Positions 35,101-37,378 of a stretch of 37,378 nucleotides of DNA are shown here, one piece after another (the first letter of the stretch is position 1; each line of letters starts with the position of its first letter). Under the pieces are notes generated by a model. It was not told the origin of the DNA, ran no database searches, and was given only the letters and a program-made list of their open reading frames with translations. This stretch comes from Thermodesulfobacteriota bacterium (GTDB lineage: Bacteria; Desulfobacterota; S145-22). Where the stretch lies: positions 1-37,378 of the forward strand of contig JANTFN010000002.1 in assembly GCA_024763435.1 (NCBI GenBank), in the 5' to 3' direction. Position numbers and translations under genes: made by a program.

Positions 35101-36207
35101 TTTGGGGAGGGTGATGCGCTTTTCCTTTAAAAGGGCTTTCAGGGTATTCCCACTGGGCATTTCACTTTTTGTCGTTTTTCCCTTAGAAGCGCGGGCAGCA
35201 TTCTTCGCCAGGGAGGCGTTATTCTTCCGAATCTCCGTGAACAAGTGGGGGTTAAAAATGTGCCGGGCGGTAAAACCCCGGGAAGCCCTGCTGAAAGTCG
35301 TCAGGGCTGACCGGTTTATCCCCCCGATCCCCATAACTTCCAGAGTGTTGACCCCGCGGGCCATCTTGATAAAATCTTCAATCCGGGTGGACTCACCCGG
35401 CATCAGTGCCCGGATTCTGAAAATCTTCCGTTTCCGGCTACCGTCCGCCCGATGAATCTCTACGGGGATGGAGGTCGCCGGTGTCACCGCCTTTCCCCTG
35501 TTTTCTATCTCGATGCTCACCCAAGTTTCATCGGGTTTTTTTCCCCTGTGGTCATCGAAGGTAATCTCTTTAATCGTCAGGATTCCCCGCTTTCCGGCCT
35601 TTTTCGAGAGACCCGTTCGCGCCCCCTTTGCCTTGATCGCTTCACGATGAGCCAGGACACCGGGACCCCGGACCATGATAAGGCAGAACTTCTCCAGGGT
35701 GTTGTTCTGCCGGTTGTTGGAATCGCTCACGGCGGCCTTAACAACGTTCTTCCCCGGGGTGGTGTGGATGAGCCATTTTACCTCTGTGGCATATCCCGCT
35801 TTCAGGGCCTTGACCCTGAAGGATTTTTTATCCCGGGTTCTATCCCCGCGCGTCAAAAGCGCCGAGACGGTTGTTTTGGAAGAGGTCACTTTTCCAATAT
35901 TTTTAACCTTGATAATGACCCATGCCGTATCCTTTTCTTTCGCCTTCTGCGTCTTAAAGGTAATGCTTGAGATGGTCAGGTCGGGGATGCCGGCAACATG
36001 GGAGAGGGTGCGTGAGGAAGGTTTTCCTGGGATGTTGGCGAACCCATTAGACGCGGGTTTGCCGGGAACATGGGTGAAAACAGTATTCCCCGCGAAGAGA
36101 CTGCCAGAAAATATCATCAGAAGGGCGCATGTCAGAACAAAAACAGACAGGTGCCATGGACGGTGAGTTTCTGAATGATGCCTTTGAAAAGCCAATAAAG
36201 CCTTCAT
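32170..36207 (-). CDS. Giant secreted protein B with multiple CARDB-like Ig-fold domains (1345 aa), paralogue of A
   Basis: GGAGG ribosome-binding site and ATG start. Signal peptide ending SLFAG. It is collinear with protein A along its whole length, for example ALLTRGDRTRDKKSFRVKALKAG vs ALLTRGDRSRDKHSWSVQALKAG, VDESNENDN in both, and ITILSPSKNKIWAIHKLYQVAW vs ITILSPDKNKIWAVGKTYQIAW. Confidence 0.85.
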   Translation of the reverse strand: MKALLAFQRHHSETHRPWHLSVFVLTCALLMIFSGSLFAGNTVFTHVPGKPASNGFANIPGKPSSRTLSHVAGIPDLTISSITFKTQKAKEKDTAWVIIKVKNIGKVTSSKTTVSALLTRGDRTRDKKSFRVKALKAGYATEVKWLIHTTPGKNVVKAAVSDSNNRQNNTLEKFCLIMVRGPGVLAHREAIKAKGARTGLSKKAGKRGILTIKEITFDDHRGKKPDETWVSIEIENRGKAVTPATSIPVEIHRADGSRKRKIFRIRALMPGESTRIEDFIKMARGVNTLEVMGIGGINRSALTTFSRASRGFTARHIFNPHLFTEIRKNNASLAKNAARASKGKTTKSEMPSGNTLKALLKEKRITLPKQVGTSTYGGEITRFLEPQPHAVLPPNQHCFIRWTWNNTQPDADTRLELHLKSVTNPKHFPELILARGLDPATRSYPWDIGNIPAGHLYTLQLYETNADTASLLASTEIKIDTPHFGVVRKTAIPNGLFVNHEVTLYADVVNTGGGGSQPFYAKVRVTGPKNFVLESRSIKIAAPAHGKSGRIHFSFKPPFPGIYKAVYELDITHKYIPATEASPEINRTFNFTVQGLPDLKVLINKVPDGVLAISRMHFHIKVVNLGTVPSPPTKVYFDLTDQDRKVFDVPSLQPVGVSGYGKTLWKHDFSKKWQSYSGGTGRKRYAVTVDPEHRIVEANEANNRIFDRFHIYRGGEPMPKHTPIPPRLVVTKVYGLPTSPIPPGTALSFLVHFKCVSPDRVPLGGRCLNRLRIMIGNTIYHENYFPINRTSLYPDETDDYYSGEQGDSFRLDSTGTHVFKIAINVPKGKHCSSGQWQTLFERPIIVRESGNQERAVQEALASKNPRPYPGKSDRSIKSITILSPSKNKIWAIHKLYQVAWTGEATGPFTVMLIPKDHPNTPVQIAENITTYATDYTVNRQLKSGLYRVKVQSENGWGISDFFAITSNSKPNLTFKAVSITNKLSGFSQKPYTIEVRFILENKGGYQTKPFNVLLECTGKEAGSFLEKAGVQLEPMLDRRTCSGRIRINVSKGGVYTLKLYADAYCKVDESNENDNTVINGRYRVKPYPDLRLSCQQAGRKLKFTVKNTGDGISGATTIKLKLKLHNSLDLPLPGWHRDGDYMVAPPIAVKSIGAGKTLKVDGPSFVSFHIHSSDTYVATVNPNRDFKELCLDNNTVVGALSANSRSRVPQGWWKTAFGVEVHCQNDTTVSRADIQTHPRILLHFGFVLWNRSELVVTPEDPPIQAVLYLKQRNRDKTFTYDVPPLFFVSRSSRRDEYRISRAVPFMASQGDVSYTLFLKNGPEGHNMVPLTSGKIKLTVTDDTCG

Positions 36208-36268
36208 TCCCTTTCCTCCTTTATTAGCGGTCTAATATATTTAATTGAAATGCTGTGTCCGCATTTTT

Positions 36269-36330
36269 CCTTCTTTGATAAGTAAGTGCGGGTTTTGGCA
36301 AAAAAGTTCACACGAGAAAAAATTTTTTTG
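36269..36330 (-). promoter_or_regulatory. Conserved upstream block of giant gene B (putative promoter/operator)
   Basis: It begins 61 nt upstream of the ATG at 36207. It has the same architecture as 31975-32038: -35 TTTTGC (36303-36298), a 17-nt spacer, and -10 TATCAA (36280-36275) on the minus strand. Confidence 0.45.
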
Positions 36331-36412
36331 ACGTGACGGAAAAAACATAGTATGAGGGCACGGGAAGATGAATTTTTCTCTAATTTACTTCGTGGAAAGG
36401 AAACCCGATCCT

Positions 36413-36454
36413 TCACAAAATAAAACAGAGAAGAGCGCTCAAGGCCTCTTCCCT
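36413..36454 (-). terminator. Candidate intrinsic terminator (second of two downstream of the DUF362 gene)
   Basis: The minus-strand RNA reads AGGGAAGAG-gccuugagcg-CUCUUCUCU (9 bp including one G-U) followed by GUUUUAUUUUGUG. Confidence 0.5.
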
Positions 36455-36518
36455 GAAATGGCAAAACATACCCCTTTTTAAAACCACGAGAAATCACTAC
36501 ACTTATCCCCGTACGCTC

Positions 36519-36563
36519 AAAAAACACTGAAGCGATCATCCTTCTGAAAGGCAGCGTCGCTTC
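36519..36563 (-). terminator. Candidate intrinsic terminator downstream of the DUF362 gene
   Basis: The minus-strand RNA reads GAAGCGA...(inner CCUU-ucag-AAGG)...UCGCUUC followed by AGUGUUUUUUG. It lies 129 nt after the stop codon at 36692. Confidence 0.5.
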
Positions 36564-36691
36564 CAAAACATTGTTTTATTGATAAATCGCTTTTATGGGT
36601 TTGTCAAGGTTTTTTTAAGCTGGATGATTTGTGTTTTTGGGATTGGAGTTTGGATATTTTTTTCTTTTCTTCAACCTAAATTCCCTGCTGC

Positions 36692-37378
36692 TCATGGCAG
36701 GCGATCAATCACAACGAGATTGTAATCGCGCAGGCCCAATCCCATCTTTTCGGCATGACGCAGGTGGATGGTCCAGTCAACCTTGGGATATTGCTTCTCG
36801 AAGGGATTTTCCATGGATTCATAAGGTAACTGGAGAAGTTCCCGTATCGCTTTCGGGGGACGGCAAATCAGGTCGACCGATGCCTGGTCAACGGCCACCG
36901 GGTCCGTGGAGGCCACAATCCCGATATCCGAGGCAATGGCCACGCCGGAATGGGAGTTGCAATCGCAGATGGGGCTGACCTGCCAGACAAAATTGAAAAA
37001 AAGACTGGTTTCTTTTTTGCCGGTAACGGCCGCGGCGGCATACTCGGCCATTTTTTCCTGAAAGGCGGGAATAGTTTCATTCCACTGGATTTGAATTGCC
37101 TTTTGCGGACATGTCGTGATGCACTCCCCGCATCCCACGCATTTTTCAGCGTCGATATGGGCCTTCTTGTTTTCTACCGTAATGGCGTTTTGGGCGCAGA
37201 CCTTAACGCAGGTAGCACACCCCACGCATTTTTTTCGCTTGACCTTGGGTGCGATAGTCGAATGCTGGGCGAGTTTTCCCTTTCGCGCGGCGCAGCCCAT
37301 GCCGATATTTTTAAGGGTTCCGCCAATCCCGGATAATTCGTGGGCCTTGAAATGGGTTGCCGCGATGATGGCATCCGC
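36692..37378 (-). CDS. DUF362-family protein with an inserted 2x[4Fe-4S] ferredoxin domain (partial; N-terminus lies beyond the window edge)
   Basis: The frame stays open from 37300 to the window edge (…ADAIIAATHFKAHELSGIGGTLKNIGMGCAARKGK), so the tracked Met at 37300 is internal. Two CxxCxxCxxxCP motifs are present (CVGCATCVKVCAQ and CVGCGECITTCPQ), and the C-terminal VASTDPVAVD is typical of DUF362. Confidence 0.8.
   Translation of the reverse strand, partial: ADAIIAATHFKAHELSGIGGTLKNIGMGCAARKGKLAQHSTIAPKVKRKKCVGCATCVKVCAQNAITVENKKAHIDAEKCVGCGECITTCPQKAIQIQWNETIPAFQEKMAEYAAAAVTGKKETSLFFNFVWQVSPICDCNSHSGVAIASDIGIVASTDPVAVDQASVDLICRPPKAIRELLQLPYESMENPFEKQYPKVDWTIHLRHAEKMGLGLRDYNLVVIDRLP

Noticed and set aside
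29880-35130. Plus-strand ORFs inside the giant genes (29880-30524, 32497-33258, 34351-35130 and several shorter ones)
   Set aside because: They are antisense to long, collinear, mutually conserved paralogues. The paralogue conservation follows the minus-strand frame, and these ORFs have no ribosome-binding sites or motifs.
36204-36566. A 120-aa minus-strand ORF immediately upstream of giant gene B
   Set aside because: It spans the conserved promoter-like block and two hairpin/T-tract terminators. Its translation is low-complexity, and it would end inside the start region of gene B.

Overview
This is a bacterial chromosomal segment, probably from a Gram-negative organism (inferred from the RND pump and RodZ). 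I found no rRNA, CRISPR array, transposase, integrase or phage genes. The window has three parts.

(1) 1-13.4 kb. A yefM-yoeB toxin-antitoxin cassette sits between two ~65-nt direct repeats. It is followed by a 12-kb run of 11 same-strand genes that are mostly translationally coupled, including six ATGA start/stop overlaps. The run opens with a STAS anti-sigma-factor antagonist and a degenerate RsbW-like domain fused to a GNAT-like domain. It closes with a GNAT-like protein, an intact RsbW-like kinase and a Cache-HAMP-PP2C phosphatase. Between them lie a HisC-like aminotransferase, a three-subunit molybdenum hydroxylase (L-S-M), an MFS transporter and a membrane-anchored SGNH hydrolase. No sigma factor is present.

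(2) 13.4-23.9 kb. Housekeeping genes: an rlmI-like methyltransferase, an RND permease with no partner genes, era, rodZ, yebC-ruvCAB, tRNA-Val(CAC), a small exported protein and tRNA-Arg(CCT).

(3) 23.9-37.4 kb. A soluble HDOD-histidine kinase-receiver hybrid, an unknown exported 264-aa protein, and two tandem collinear giant paralogues (1303 and 1345 aa). Each paralogue is a secreted protein with many CARDB-like domains and is preceded at the same spacing by a conserved ~62-nt upstream block. A DUF362/4Fe-4S gene is cut by the right edge.

The two most interesting candidates are the partner-switching module wrapped around a metabolic cassette, and the tandem giant surface-protein locus. All functional calls rest on motif recognition by eye, because no database search was possible.
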